From Malacoraja senta (lineage: Eukaryota): a stretch of DNA of 64,000 nucleotides. Under the pieces are notes generated by a model. The model did not search any database, was not told the DNA's origin, and worked only from the letters and a program-made list of their open reading frames with translations. The stretch lies in NCBI GenBank assembly GCA_038087875.1, contig CM075989.1, positions 16,370,001 to 16,434,000 of the forward strand, in the 5' to 3' direction. The position numbers and the translations under genes were made by a program. This document shows positions 13,431 to 27,362 of this stretch, piece by piece; the first letter of the stretch is position 1; each line of letters begins with the position of its first letter.

Positions 13431-16024
13431 TAAGCAAACGTACGCTGTTTTGAAGATGAAACCATCTAACAAGTGCAATAAGGCAATAATTGAACATTTA
13501 ATTATTCTTATTATTGATAACATGAAAATTGATCAATCACTGGAAGGCCTCAGTGTTGGTTTAAACTAACCAAGTATGGGTTTAGCTCTTGCATTCAGTG
13601 TTGCCCTGTGGATGCATTCAGTGGCACAAATCAGTCTGCTAATGAGAGTCATTTTGCAGCATCTTAGCGTTCTTTCCCATCCACTGACAAAAGCAGTTGC
13701 ATATTTTTTCCACAGGACACTTGTCAGCAACATCACCCAATGAAGAGGCTTACTCCAGGCTTCTGCTGTTGAAGGCTTCATGCTCACAGTGGGCCAATAG
13801 CTTCAAATATGAGTGCATTTTAGGCCATGTGGCAATCTTTGATCACTCACTTACAGGACTTTGAGCCTTTCATTTTCCATATTAGTGATACCGAGTGTCT
13901 CCCCGAAAATGGATTCACACATTCCAGGTTAAATATAATTCAGTTCCTGATAACGACATAATACTCAGACTTTTTTATCTTGGTTTACTTGAGGTAAGAG
14001 ATAAAAGAAAACCCTTTATGAAGCTCCCTTGAAAGCTTACAATTATACCAGGCCATACGGAAGATCTGATATTCCATTACTGCTGAACAAAAGAATAACA
14101 ATTAAGATTGTCATTTTCTTTCAAAAGTTGTTCGCCATCTGTTGTCTAACAAGGGTAATGACACTGCAGAGAAGCAGGAAGTGTATTTGAATGTAGTCGC
14201 AAGTTGGTTTATAGTACCAAGGGAGGCAACTATGCTGCTTCATTTAGAGCGGGGGGGAAAAAGTGCTGGAGGAACTCAATTGGCCAGGCAACATCTGAGG
14301 AGGGAAGTAGACGGTTGTGTTGGATCGGGACCCAAGATCTAACACCTTTGGACTTGGGAATTTAGAGAATATTGTCAGCGATTCATATTTTAATGTAGTG
14401 TTTTTTCAGGTCTTTGATGTCGTAAGGGGATTGAGATCCGCCCTCAAGCTCTTCCAGGATAAAAGCTAATTGACTTCAACAGTGATGACAAACATTGATG
14501 GGCTGGCTAACCACAATGTAAAACTGGTCTGTGGGAGGGCAATGGGGAAAAAACTGCTGGGAAATTCTTCTCTCTAGTGGTCATTTCCATTTAATTTTGA
14601 TTTGAAATTTAGCATTGGCATCTTAAAAGTAATCCTCTCAAAGAAAATATTTGCACTGAGATTAGCAACATTTCCATTCCTGAGAAAATTTGCATTGTAA
14701 CAATTATTGCAAATGGTTGAAATACACAGTCCTTATTAGGTTGTATTTAATACCATGGTTTAATTTCCCTTCGAGCCTCAAAATAAATACGTTGTGTCTC
14801 AGACCAGATTGATTTCCCCATTACAAATGTGTCTTCCAAAACATTGAAACTATCAAATGTGTATGCTAAGCCCCATAGCACTTTTTATCCCCTGAAGAAT
14901 GAATAACTAAGTTTTGTTTTTCTGTTCACTAGATTATAGGTTATTAAATTATTGCCATTTTTATATGGATGTAGCTGTTACCTACCAGTAATACTAGACG
15001 TGCCAACCAATATATTGCCATTTTCAATTTTAAAATGTTGTACAATATTTAGTGTGAATATCATCAATTTTATTCTAAACTCGTAAAATATTTTATGAAA
15101 GAAAATCTTTATATGTACTTGATTCAATAAGAAAATATGTTCTGGGGTGGGCAGTTAAATGATACATTTCTCATTGCTATTTTTGTTGTAAACTTCCCCA
15201 TTTTTTTAATTTGTTGCTTGCTACATTTCGTGCAGTATAATTTATCCATTTATACTTATTACAATTGGCTTCTAAAAGGCGAATGATCACAATTTTATTC
15301 CAAGTGCAAGCTGGAAAATAAATGCCTTGATAGTTTGAGTGTTTGGATAGGCAGTAGGAAACTCAATTACTGCCTTTTAATAGGGTGCACATTTTCTAAT
15401 TGCGGAAACTATTGCCACACATGCTATTCATAGAACTTTAGACATGCTCACACATTTCTCCATTTGGGTAAATACGATGATTCCAGCTATGTAACTTATT
15501 GACTTTTGCTTACTTTATTTACAAAACTCTTGGGTCGTAAAACTACCTTTATCATATCCTTTCAGAGTTTTAAAAGCAAACATTTGAGAGCAAACATTTT
15601 GAATTCAATTAATTTACTTTGTGCAGAAGAATTAGTTATTACTTGCTCATCTTTATCAACCTAACTTATTTTTAAAAATCATATCAGCATCTTAAAAAAT
15701 GGATTCAAGATTTTTTTTTAATTAGCTTTTACTGTATTTGCAAGTAGAGGATGTCTCAAAAGAGTTTCCACCTAATAACTTGTTGAGATGTATTGGCTGT
15801 CATGATAGTAAATGCAGAAAGGTTCCTCCACCAAATTATATAATGATCAGAAACTTCTTATTGATGAAATCCTTATGATCTTTTATAAAAGAGCAATTTG
15901 ATTTTCATTCATTAGTAACTTACAAAAATAACATTATCCATTTAGTTAAGAGTCCTGAAGCGAGGTGGATATTATTGTGCTGACAGGGTATTCCTCTGGC
16001 CAATAATGAGTAAGAAGGAAATGT

Positions 16025-16280
16025 TTAATTTAGAGATACAGCATGGAAACAGACTCTTCTGCCCACTGAGTCCACACCGAGCATCAATCACCCATTCACA
16101 CTACCATGTCATTCCCACTCACACCAGGGGCAATTTTACAGAGCCCATTAATCTACAAACCTGCACATATTTCAGATGTGGGAGGAAAAACCATCATGGT
16201 CACTGGCAGAATGTGCAAAATCCACAGCCCCGAATCAGGGATCTTTGGTGCTGTGAGGCGGCAGCTCTACTGTGTTGGCC
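16025..16280 (-). mobile_element. V-SINE (HE1-like), degenerate
   Basis: Same head, V-domain and tail as 3722-4037. Confidence 0.7.
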
Positions 16281-16862
16281 TAACTAGAGCAAATCAGCAG
16301 AAAATATGTAGAGTGTTGATATTGGGGACCACAATCACCTTAATATTAATTTGGATGAAGTTGCAAAGTGAAGGAAATGTTTCAGATAAGTACTCAGGAG
16401 AACATTCTTACTGGTATGTTGTTCTCACCCAGTGGGGTCAGAGGCATTGCATTGTCTGGTTGAGAAGAGAGGTGACCTCGGTTTATAACATGTCACTGTG
16501 AGAACATTTGGAATGTGGGTACACACAAGGATTAGACTAGCAACGTCAAAGAGCTGGAGCAATCTGAAGTAGAACTACTCAAGTGGAGGAGGGTTAACTT
16601 CAAATGTTGAAGAGAATCTGACCAGTTTGAAGTGGCACTGATGAGTTTGGCTAATATTAAGGAAAGTCTTGAAAGAGATATTTGAAGTACCTGCTAAGTG
16701 CACTCCTACATGGGAAAAAAAGGTAAGTGGATGAAAAACCATTGTTCTCTGGGCAACTATGATGCATTTCAGGTGAACAATTCAAGTGACAAGACAATAG
16801 AATCAGTAATGCATAGATAGCTAAGGACCAAGGGCTGTAAATGGGATTTAAATAAATGTTTA

Positions 16863-18580
16863 AGGAGGAACTGCAGATGCTGGAAAATTCAAGGTAGACA
16901 AAAATGCTGGAGAAACTCAGCGGGTGCAGCAGCATCTATGGAGCGAAGGAGGCAACGTTTCGGGCCGAAAACCATCTTCAGACTGATGTGCGGGTGGGGC
17001 GGTGGCGGGCGGGAAGAAGAAAGGAAGAGGAGCCGCCAGAGGGCTGAGGGAGAGCTGAGAAGGGGAGGAGACAGTTGGGACTACCTGAAATTAGAGAAGT
17101 CAATGTTCATACCGCTGGGGTAGAAACTGCCCAAGCGAAATATGAGGTGCTGCTCCTCCAATTTCTGGTGGTCCTCACTCTGGCTGTGGAGGAGGCCCAG
17201 GACAGAAAGGTCGGATTCTGAATGGGAGGGGGAGTTGAAGTGCTGAGCCACCGGGAGATCAGGTTGGTTATTGCAAACCGAGCGGAGGTGTTCGGCGAAG
17301 CGATCGCCAAGCTTCCGCTTGGTCTCACCGATGTAGATCAGCTGACATCTAGAGCAGCGGATGCAATAGATGAGGTTGGAGGAGGTGCAGGTGAACCTCT
17401 GTCGCACCTGGAATGACTGCTTAGGTCCTTGAATGGAGTCAAGGGGGGAGGTAAAGCGACAAGTGTAGCATTTCATGCGGTTGCAAGGGAAAGTACCCGG
17501 GGAGGGGGTGGTTCGGGTGGGAAGGGAGGAATGGACCAGGGAGTTACGGAGGGAGCGGTCTGCGGAAAGCAGAAGGGAGGAGATGGGAAGATGTGGCAAG
17601 TGGTGGGGTCACGTTGGAGGTGGCGAAAATGACGGAGGATTATTTGTTGTACGTGACGGCTGGTAGGGTGGAAGGTGAGGACTAGGGGGACTCTGCCCTT
17701 GTTAGGAGTGGGGGGATGGGGAGAGAGATGAGTGTCATGGGGTATCAAAGAAACCCTGGTAGGAGCCTCATCTATGGTAGGAGAGGGGAACCCCCGTTCC
17801 CTGAAGAATGAGGACATCTCCGATGCCCTGGTGTGGAACACCTCATCCTGGGAGCAGATGCGGCGTAGACGAAGGAATTAGGAGTAGGGGGATGGAGTCC
17901 TTACAAGAAGCAGGGTGGGAAGAAGTGTAGTCCAGATAGCCATGGGAATCAGTAGGTTTATAGTGGATGTCGGTCAGAAGTCTATCAACTGCGATGGAGA
18001 TAGTGAGGTCATGAAATGGTTGGGAAGTGTCGGAAATGGTCCAGATGTATTTGAGTGCGGGGTGGAAGTTAGTGGTGAAATGGATGAAGTCAGTGAGTTG
18101 TGTGTGGGTGCAGGAGGTAGCACCAATGCAGTCATCGATGTCGAGGAGGTAGAGGTCGGGGATGGGGCCCTGGTACGTCTCGAACAAGGATTGTTCGACG
18201 TACCCCACAAAGAGGCAGGCATAGCTAGGGCCCATGTGCGTGCCCAAAGCTACACCTTGTATTTGGAGGAAATGGGAGGAGTCAAACGAAAAGTTATTAA
18301 GGGTAAGGACCAGCTCTGCTAGGCGGAGGAGATTATCTGTAGACGTGGATTGGTGGATTCTCCGGTCGAGGAAGAAACGGAGGGCTTTGAGACCCACCTG
18401 GCGGGGGATGGAGGTATAGAGTGACTGGACGTCCATGGTGAAGATGAGGGAATGGGGGCCTAGAGAACGGAATTCCTGGAGACGGCGGAGAGCGTGTGAG
18501 GTGTCTTGAACATAGGTAGGGATTTAACCAGGGGGGATAGGATGGAGCCGAGGTATGTGGAAATAAGTTCGGTAGGGCTT
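16863..18580 (-). mobile_element. Penelope-like retroelement (Neptune-type), 5'-truncated, frameshifted RT plus GIY-YIG endonuclease
   Basis: RT motifs DVQSLYTSIP, QIQGVALGTHMGPSYACLF and LDIDD (17843-18436); Cys linker PCNRMKCYTC; GIY-YIG NLIYCIRCSRCQLIYIGETKRKLGDRFAEH (17081-17599); TSD aataaatgttta at 16851-16862 and 18581-18592. Confidence 0.9.
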
Positions 18581-19014
18581 AATAAATGTTTACTTGATAA
18601 TCAGCACAGATGAGGTGGGCCAAATAGCCAGATTCCTTGTTCTTACTCTATAAATGTAGTATGTGGAAACGAGAGGTGGAAAAGAAAAGAAAAGAAAAAA
18701 TGAGCAAAGAGAGAGCCAAGGCTGTTTAAAAGAAGGAACAGGCATGCAAATACTAGGCCTGTAATCCGAGGGTTGGGATCTGAGAGAAATGGAGGCCAGG
18801 GCTGCAATATACAATAAAACATTTATACAAAATATGTAGTAAAGAAACTACCCACAATCTTGCGAGGTATGAGTTGGGAAATTTAACCAGGTAGAAGGCT
18901 GGTAGTGTTCAACGTAAGTCACTTGGGCCCAAATAGAAATTCAATGCAGAGGTTGTGAAGTGGTGCATTTTGATAGCAAGAATGAGGGAGCCACAATACA
19001 TTTAATGGCACTGA

Positions 19015-19576
19015 AGCGCAAACAGGAAGTTGTCAAGATTAGACTTTTAATTGTATAGAAGGCAAGGCAACTTTAATTAGGCAAGGCGACTTTAATTAGG
19101 CAACACAACTTTAGCATTTCCAAACCAAAGGCAACACAGCTTTAGCATTTCCAAACCAAAGGCAACACAGCTTTAGCATTTCCAAATTATATTTTCAAAC
19201 CACATTAAGGGCACTGACAGGTCAGTAAAACCACTCACAGTTTAGTAGACACGTGTTCAGTGTTATTCACAGCTCAGACTGAGAGACGTGACCCTCTCGC
19301 TCCCCCATCTTGCAGATACTGACAGAGGCACTCAACACTTCTGGGTTTCATAGTCCCTCCGGAAGGGGCGTGGCCTTCAGGAGAGAGAATCTAAACATTT
19401 TTTAAACACTAATAACTCTTTTATTTTTCATCGATGGGAAAAATCCTCTTGTCCTGTGCAGCGGAGGGGGACTCTGAGTAAGATGGCCAAAAATCACAGC
19501 CGTAAGTGGCAGCTTTTTTTCTAAAATCAATATACAGAACAGGAAGTGGTCAAGATCAGACTTTTAGTAATATAGA
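19015..19576 (-). mobile_element. Non-autonomous Helitron-like fragment with two 5' termini and internal 19-31-bp tandem repeats
   Basis: On -: A^TCTATATTACTAAAAGTC at 19576 and a related TCTATACAATTAAAAGTC at 19059; tandem repeats at 19060-19186; no 3' CTRR end seen. Confidence 0.55.
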
Positions 19577-21581
19577 TATGAATAGGGTCAGATGGAGACA
19601 TTTTTAAAAATATGTAGAGAGGCAAGTTTTTTTACGCAGTGGATGGCAGGTGTCTGGAACATGCTGCCAGGGTGGTGGTGATAGAAGCAGATATTGATGC
19701 TTAAGAAGCTTTTGGATAGATCCATGAATATGCAAGAAATGGAGGAATATGGAGCATTTCCGGACAGAAGGGATGTTGAATTTGCCATCATGTTCGGCAC
19801 AGACATTGTTGGCTGAAAAGCCTGTTCCTGTGCTGTACTGTTCTTTGTTATATCTTGGGTTTTGCAACAGAGACATAAAATGCAAAAGCAAAAGTTGAAA
19901 CTTTATAAAACACCGCTGATCACGGTTGGAATGTGTCAGCCATTTTTTTAGATTGAAGGGAAATGTAAGATTTAAGGGAGTGCAAAATAGATTTAATAGG
20001 ATATTTCTAAGAATGGGGTATTTTAGCCAGAGGAGCTGCGGTTGTTTCCTCGTTGACAACAAGATTGAGAGGAGATTTGAACAAAAGCTGTACAAAATCA
20101 TTATATATTTGGACAGTAAGTAAGAAAAGCAGATGGGTTTTCGAGGTATCCTTGCCAACCTCCATCCCTCAGCCAATAGTATTTAAACATCATCCGGCAT
20201 TCATCTCACTTCCATTTCTTGGAACGTGGTGCTCACAGATGGGACGCCAAATTTCTGTCTCTAAGATACTAATGTGAAGGACATTAACGTGCAATGAAAA
20301 ATGCCATCACATTGCCAATTAATAGTATTCCACAGGACATCAATGAATGCCACATTTAGTTTAGAGATACCATGTGGAAACAGGCCCTTCGGCCCACCGT
20401 CACACTGAAGATCAATCACCCGTACACTAGTTTTATGTTATCCTACTTTTGCATCCTTCACATTAGCGCCAATTTACAGAAGCCAATTAACCTATAAACC
20501 TGCATGTCTTGGGAATTACATTGTATTGTCATGAAAAACAACTTCAATGTGTATTAAAAAGTGAATGCAATAAACCACTGCAAACACATTGAAATTCTGT
20601 GATGATATCAAATGTACTATGTAAATGTAATTTTTATTTACTGGATCAAATACAATTAGTTTAGTTTATTGTCACGTGTACCAAGGTACAGTGAAAAGCT
20701 TTTGTTGTGTGCTAACCAGTCAGCGGAAAGACAACACAGGATTGCAATCGAGCCCTTCACAGTGTACAGAATACATGATAAAGGGAATAACATGAATAAC
20801 GTATTTATTTATGCCTATTCTAAGCAAACACTGGGCATTAGGAACTTTTTTCGTGACCATTGCAAGACAGCAGATTGTGCTTGAACCAGCAATGAAGATG
20901 GGCCTCTCGACCCATAATATCCTTTTCTTTTATTCTTTTCTAATATCCTTAATCCTTTTCTCCAGCGATCCTGTCTGACCCGCTGAGTTACTCCAGCTTT
21001 TGTGTCTATCTAAGGTCTGAAACTAGCTGGTTAGCAGCAGAAAGCAAACTCCAGGGCAAATACCTGTTGAAGCTGAGGTTGTTTAGACCTGAGCCAGGAC
21101 AAAGGTTCCTCACTAATAAGTTAATTTACATTGTTTTAAATATGTCAAGTCCTTTGTTAATTTCACTGACTTTAATAAGTTTAAATGTCTGGGTCATAGA
21201 GAACTTGTCAGTTTTTGGCAGGTCTGACTACTGACTTGCAAGTGGCTCCAGCTGGATGCCAGTGCTTTTACGCACTCTTCAGTGAGTTAGGCTTGTTATG
21301 CACCTCCCCCTGCACCACCTCCATCCCCAACCACCTTTCCTTGGCCAGGTGCCATCATCACATGATACAATCAATGACGGGCTCCCCCTTATCATTTAGC
21401 ATTTGGACGGCACTTATCCGGAGAGTTGTGAATCTGTGGAATTCTCTGTCACAGAAGGCAGTGGAGGCCAATTCTATGGATGCTTTCAAGAGGGAGTTAG
21501 AATGAGCTCTTAAAGATAGCGGAGTCAAGGGATATGGGGAGAAGGCAGGAACGGGGTACTGATTGTGGATGATCAGCCATG

Positions 21582-21614
<33 letters not shown>

Positions 21615-21825
21615 TTTATTCATGGGCGCCTTTCAAAAGTCTCAAGGACACCTTACAAAGTTTAACAAATAGTAGAAACATGTAAGCGGAATGAAATAAA
21701 TAGTAAAGACATCACGAGTACACAAATTAAAGAGAGAATTCAATCCAAAAACAAAAATCAAAAACACAATATGGAAGAGAGAGCAGCGGCTGCTAAAGCG
21801 CGCCAGCGTCCACTCTCCCTTCCGG
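21582..21825 (-). mobile_element. L2-type 3' tail with (TAT)n end, inserted in a CR1 tail
   Basis: On -: TGTAAGGTGTCCTTGAG...AAAGGCGCCC...(TAT)n; a shorter copy at 33883-33955. Confidence 0.6.
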
Positions 21826-21874
21826 CAGTGCTGGGTCGAAGGGCCGAATGGCCTACTCCTGCACCTATTTTCTG

Positions 21875-22130
21875 CAACTGGAAACTCGTGCCAGTGACAG
21901 GACTGGCTGGGTAACAACCACTAGGATGACAGTCAGCAGTTTCAAAGACAATCGCAGAAGCCGACACGTTAGTGCCAGAGACAGGAGGAAGGCTGCCGCC
22001 CTGAATCCCCCACAGTGGCCCCACTGCTCCCGTGTGTGTGGCTCGCGCATCGGACTCATGAGCCACACTCGATCCCACAAGACATGAGACTGCACAACCA
22101 GGCTATCGTCGTCTACGATGGCCACCACCA
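21875..22130 (+). mobile_element. RTE-clade LINE 3' fragment
   Basis: C-terminal CxxCxRVCGSRIGLMSHTRSH motif; a more decayed RTE-like copy at about 49720-50150. Confidence 0.6.
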
Positions 22131-23399
22131 CACCACTGCACATTCCAACACTGCACTGACACTTCCAAAATGTTACTGCAGAAACTTCAAAATTATATTT
22201 ATGAATTAATGATGAGTGATTGTCGGCACTGGGCCTGTACTCACTGGAGTTTAGAAGAATGAGGAGGGAGCTCATTGAAACATACAGAATAGTGAAAGGC
22301 TTGGATAGTGTGGAGAGGATTTTTCCACTAGTCTATGACTAGAGGTCATAGCCGCAGAATTAAAGGACATTCTTTTAGGAAGGAGATAAGGAGAAATTTC
22401 TTGGGTCAGAGGGTGGTGAATCTGTGGAATTCTTTGCCACAGATGGCTGTGGAGGCCATCAGCGGATATTTCTAAGGAGGAGGTTGATTGATTCTTGATT
22501 AGTACAGGTGTCAGAGGTTATGGGGAGAAGGCTGGAGAATGGGGTTAGGAGGGAGAGATAGATCAGCCATGATTGAATGGCCGAGTAGACTTGATGGACC
22601 GAATGGCCTAATTCTGCTCATATCACTTATGACCTGATGAAAGTGACTTCCTTCCTGATAAATGATTTCAACAGTGTTAAGTCAGAGCAACACAGTGAAA
22701 CTATCAAAATATTAAAGAGAAAATATGTTGTTATATTAACAACATATAGTGGAATTTCCGGGGAAAATGAGCAGAATAATAAAAACTCACAGTCAGTCTA
22801 AGACAGTTGATCAACTCTAGTAACAGCTGTGCAGTTCTGCCCACGGCAAAGCTCCTTGTTAATGGGTTTCTGCCACATTCTTTATTTGTCATGTACTGTC
22901 ATGCTGTAAACACAAAGCCAAATTAATTCTGAAGAGAGATGAGTGCACATGATGCTACTAAGATGTTACTGTGACAAATCTACAGGCACCAATCAACATA
23001 CAAAAAAAGGTTAAAACTTATCAAGAACAAGTCCTTCTATGGGGTATAGAAGGTATGGAGCTGTGAGTTGGCATTGTACCAACTTCACCACAGTGCCCCC
23101 CAAATGTCTCAGCTGAAAGATGAAAGATGAGACTTATCCTGTCTTATTTTTGTTATAAATCTCTCTGGGCCAATTGTGTGCTCTGCAACTTGATGATGAG
23201 ATAAAAGAACAATCTTGTCTGATTCTTCACTTCTGCCTCCATCAGCCTTCAAAAAAGCAGGTCGGCTGCATCCAGCCTGATGCCTGGATTAAGGTGGAAA
23301 CTAAATTTGTGAATCGCCAGCGCCATATGCTTCCGTTACTTGCTGGCTTCACCAGCTGAACCTTTCGATACATTCTTCATGTATGTATGTGCAGGGATC

Positions 23400-24405
23400 G
23401 TTTTCTTTTTTCTTTTTTCTTTTTAAATTTCAAAATAGACTTTATTCCATTAATATGTACAACACAGGAACCGTGCAAAAAATTCATCCGACATTTTCAG
23501 AGGCTATGCAAACATTCAAAAACATTCAAAACTGTTTACACAAATTTCACACATTTATCCCCACCCTTGCCACTCATGTGGCCCACTGGCATGGAATCCC
23601 TTCCCTTATTTTGAAGGGCACCTCCACCACACTCTGCCCCCTATGTCCAGCAGCGGAAGGACCCTAGACTGTGGTCCTCCCGCACAGAGCCTTGGCGTTG
23701 GCTGCACCGATGTTCAGTGCGTCCACAGCGCGTACTCCTGCAAAATCTGCAGCCGGCCAGTTGGCAACATCCCCGACGGACATCTCGCTCCGCTGGGAGG
23801 TTAACAAAACTCGGGCTGACCCAAGAGCGTCTTTCACCGAGTTGATGACCTTCCAGCAGCATTCGATGTCAGTCTCTGAATGCGTCCTGTGAACAATCCG
23901 TAAATCACAGAGTCCTCTGTGACAGAGCTCGTTTGGAATAAACCGTGACAGGGACCCATGCAACCTCTCCAGACTTTCTTTGCAAGTCCACACTGTGCCA
24001 AGAGGTGGATACCGTCTCCTCTCCAAAGCAGCCATCCCGAAGGTAGCGTGCGCTGGTAATGAGGTTCCGACGGTGCTGGAAGGATCTGACTGGGAGGGTT
24101 CCCCTCACCGCCAGCCAAGCCTGGTCTTGGTGCTTGTTGGTGAGTTCTGGTGATGAGCATTTCGCCAGACCAAGCTGGGCAGTCTGCTCTGGGAACCATG
24201 CCACAGGATCCATGGAGTAATTTCCCTACAGTGCCTGCAGGACATTCCGTGCTGACCACTGCCTGATGGACTTGTGGTCAAAGGTGTTGGTCTGGAAGAA
24301 CCTTTCCACGAATGACAGATGGTGCGGCAATGTCCAGCTGACAGGCACATTGCGTGGCATCTGCGCCAGGCCCATCCTTCGCGACACTGGGGACAGTTAG
24401 AACCT
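23400..24405 (-). mobile_element. L1/Tx1-like LINE 3' fragment
   Basis: zf-RVT-like ELTNKHQDQAWLAVRGTLPVRSF and CCWKVINSVKDALGSAR; T-rich tail at 23400-23430 on +. Confidence 0.75.
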
Positions 24406-25007
24406 TGATTAATATTGAAAGTTTACCCTCAAGGAGAAAGAAATGCTTGCATTTCTTATGCTGCTTTCATGGCCTCTAGTTATCTGAGACACTTTACAGA
24501 CAGTGAGGGACAGTTGAATGGTAATTACTGGGGCAGCAAATGCAACAGCTTACACAGCTTATACAGCTCATTGTTTGAGAGAAATATTGGCCACGATAAC
24601 TCTTCTGCTTAGAAATAATGCAGTGGCATCTATTCCATCATCTTAAATCATTTATGTCAGTGTTATACAGCTCTTAATCAGGCCTTTCGACCCTTGGAGT
24701 CCACAGTGACCTTCAAGCACCCATTTTCACACTACTCTATCCTAACAATCCTAGATAGGGCTCTTAAAGATAGCGGAGTCAGGGGATATGGGAGAAGGCA
24801 GGAACGGGGTACTGATTGGGGATGATCAGCCATGATCACATTGAATGGCAGTGCTGGCTCAAAGGGCCGAATGGCCTACTCCTGCCCCAATTGTCTATTG
24901 TCTATCCCATTTTATTATTTGCAAATTTCCATCAACTATTTCTTCCAGATTCTACCACTCATCCACATTCAAGGTAATTCATAGTGGGCAATTAGCTTAT
25001 CAATACA

Positions 25008-25220
25008 TGTGGCAAAGAACTGCAGAAACTGGTTTAAATTGGTTTAAAGATAGCCACAAAAAGCTGGAGTAACTCAGCGGGACAGGCTGCATCTCTGGAG
25101 AGAAGGAATGGGTGACGTTTCGGGCCAGTCGGAAGAAGGGTCTTGACCAGAAACATCACCCATTCCTTCTCTCCAGAGATGCTGCCTGTCTCGCTGAGTT
25201 ACTCCAGCTTTTTGTGTCTG
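25008..25220. mobile_element. Penelope-derived fold-back (palindromic) element
   Basis: Arms at about 25055-25120 and 25150-25218 are reverse complements; TSD gcttatcaataca at 24995-25007 and 25221-25233; interrupts a V-SINE. Confidence 0.8.
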
Positions 25221-25576
25221 GCTTATCAATACACACGTCTTTAGGATGTGACAGCACCCAGTGGGAACCCATGCAGTCACGAAGAGACTGTAAACTCCAC
25301 AGACAACATCCAAGGTCAGGTTTGAACTCAGGTCGCTGGAGCTGTGAGACAACAATTCCACCAGCTGCACCACTGTGCCACCATGCCTCAGCATAAAGAT
25401 GTCATCTCAGACAATACAGCCACCCAGTTGTGGAGCAATGTTGAATAATTCCAGATTTTTGCTACAGATTACAAGGAGAAACTCACATCTTCTGCTTCAG
25501 AGATGCCAGTCTACCAACTGAGCTGCACCCGCCAGCTTGACTAATGCAAAATTATCCCATCAGCACAATTCCTACA

Positions 25577-25850
25577 AGGGGGCAGAAGAGTGAGCAGTTT
25601 ATAGAGCTTCCGCCTCACAGCTCCAGCAGCCCAGGTTCAAGCCTGACCTCTGGTGCCATCTATAGTTTACACATTCTTCCAGTAGCCGAGTGGGTGTCCT
25701 CCCACATTACAAAGACGTGTAAGCTATTAGGTGAATTGGCTGCTATACACTGCTCCTATTGTGTCCGTGCTTGGTAGTATCTGGGGATGTGGGAGAATAA
25801 AATCGGATTCATGTAAATGGGTGCTCGAAGGTGGGCGAGGCTGCTTGTAT
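25577..25850 (+). mobile_element. V-SINE, degenerate
   Basis: tRNA-like head and V-domain remnant. Confidence 0.6.
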
Positions 25851-25989
25851 GTTCTTTGAGGTTCATTTTCACACTCTATTCTGGCTTTGCACCACCCACC
25901 AGTGGTAAATTCAGTTATTTAATATCCAGAAAGGAAATAATGAGGTGAACAATCTGCAGCTTGAAGAACCGATCTCCAAACAAACTCAC

Positions 25990-26920
25990 TGAGGAGATAG
26001 AGAGCTTAGTAATATGATTACAAGACCACAACCTCTCCCCAATGTCAGCAATTTGAAGGATCTAGTTATTGACTTCAGGAAATGAAGTGATGTGTGTGCA
26101 CCAGTGGTGCTGAGGGGGAGTCCAGAACCAGGGCCACAGTTTAAGAATAAGGGTTCAGCCATTTAGAACGGAGATGAGGAAACACTTTTCACCCAGAGGG
26201 TGTGAGTCTGTGGAATTCTCTGCCTCAGAGGGCAGTGGAGGCCGGTTCTCTGGATACTGTCAAGACAGAGCTAGATTGGGCTCTTAAAGATAGCGGAGTC
26301 AGGGGATCTGGGAGAAGGCAGGGACGGGGTACTGATTGTGGATGATCAGCCATCATCACATTGAATGGCGGTGCTGGCTCGAAGGGCCGAATGGCCTACT
26401 CCTGCACCTATTGTATATTGAAGTAGTCAAGAGCTTTAACTTCCAAGACATAACTATCACCTACAATTTGTCCGGGACCAACTCCATTAAAACTACGTCC
26501 AAGAAAACAGACCAACGTCTCTACTTCCTCAGAAGACGAAGGAAGTTAGGCATGTCCCCAAATACTTTTACCACTTCCACAGATGCACCTTAGAGAGCAT
26601 CCTATCAGGATGCACCACAGCTTGGCTTGGCATCGACCTTGCCCATGAACGCAAGAAATTGCATAGAGTTGTGGATGTAGCCCAGTTCACCACACAGACC
26701 AGCCCCAACCCCACCCACCCCCCGCACCATCGACTCCATCTGCACTTCACTCTGCCTCAGGAAATCAGCCAAATAATCAAGGAACATTTCACCCCAGTCA
26801 TTCCCTCTTCTCTCTCCTCTCCCGTTGGGCAGATGTAACAGCTTAAACCACATACTACCAGTTTCAAGAACAGTTTCTTCTCTGCTGTAATCAGACTTCT
26901 TAATGGTCCTCTTATAAACT
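25990..26920 (+). mobile_element. Rex1/Babar-like LINE fragment split by CR1 (26115-26415)
   Basis: VIDFR and KKTDQRLYFLRR motifs on either side of the CR1 tail. Confidence 0.65.
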
Positions 26921-27362
26921 AAGGGTGTAGTCCTGAACTCTCACACTACCTTATTGTGGCCCTTGAATCTGTCAATCTCTGCCTTAAAAATATCCATTGA
27001 CTGGCCTCCACAACTGTCTGTGGCAATGACTTCCATAGATTCACCACCCTCCTGACTGAAGAAATTCCTCCTCATCTCCTTTCTGAAGGTACTCCTTTTA
27101 TTCTGAGGCTGCATCCTCTGGTCCTAGACTCACTTGTGAACGCAGCCCCAGACCATCACACAAACCAAAGCTCCCTTCCAGTGACTCCATTTACAGCTCA
27201 CTGCCTCTGCAAGGTCAGCAGCATAATGAAGGATTAGTCACACCTGGCCGCTCCCTTAGTCTCCCATTGGGCAAAAGGTATAGAAGTGGGAAAACACACA
27301 CCTCCAGATTCAGGGACAGTTTCTTCCTAGCTGTTGCCAGGTAACGGAACCACCGTACCAAC

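Noticed and set aside
17081..18436. RT plus nuclease ORFs as a novel gene or active element
   Set aside because: Known Penelope-like architecture; 5'-truncated, split across frames, and the usual YxDD context reads LDIDD.
19060..19186. Repeat array superficially like CRISPR
   Set aside because: Contiguous tandem repeats without unique spacers, in vertebrate DNA with no cas genes.
24435..24640. Possible ancient Deu-domain SINE remnants (also about 41480-41700, 42740-42830 and 54400-54580)
   Set aside because: Too decayed to delimit or classify by eye; needs a Dfam HMM search.
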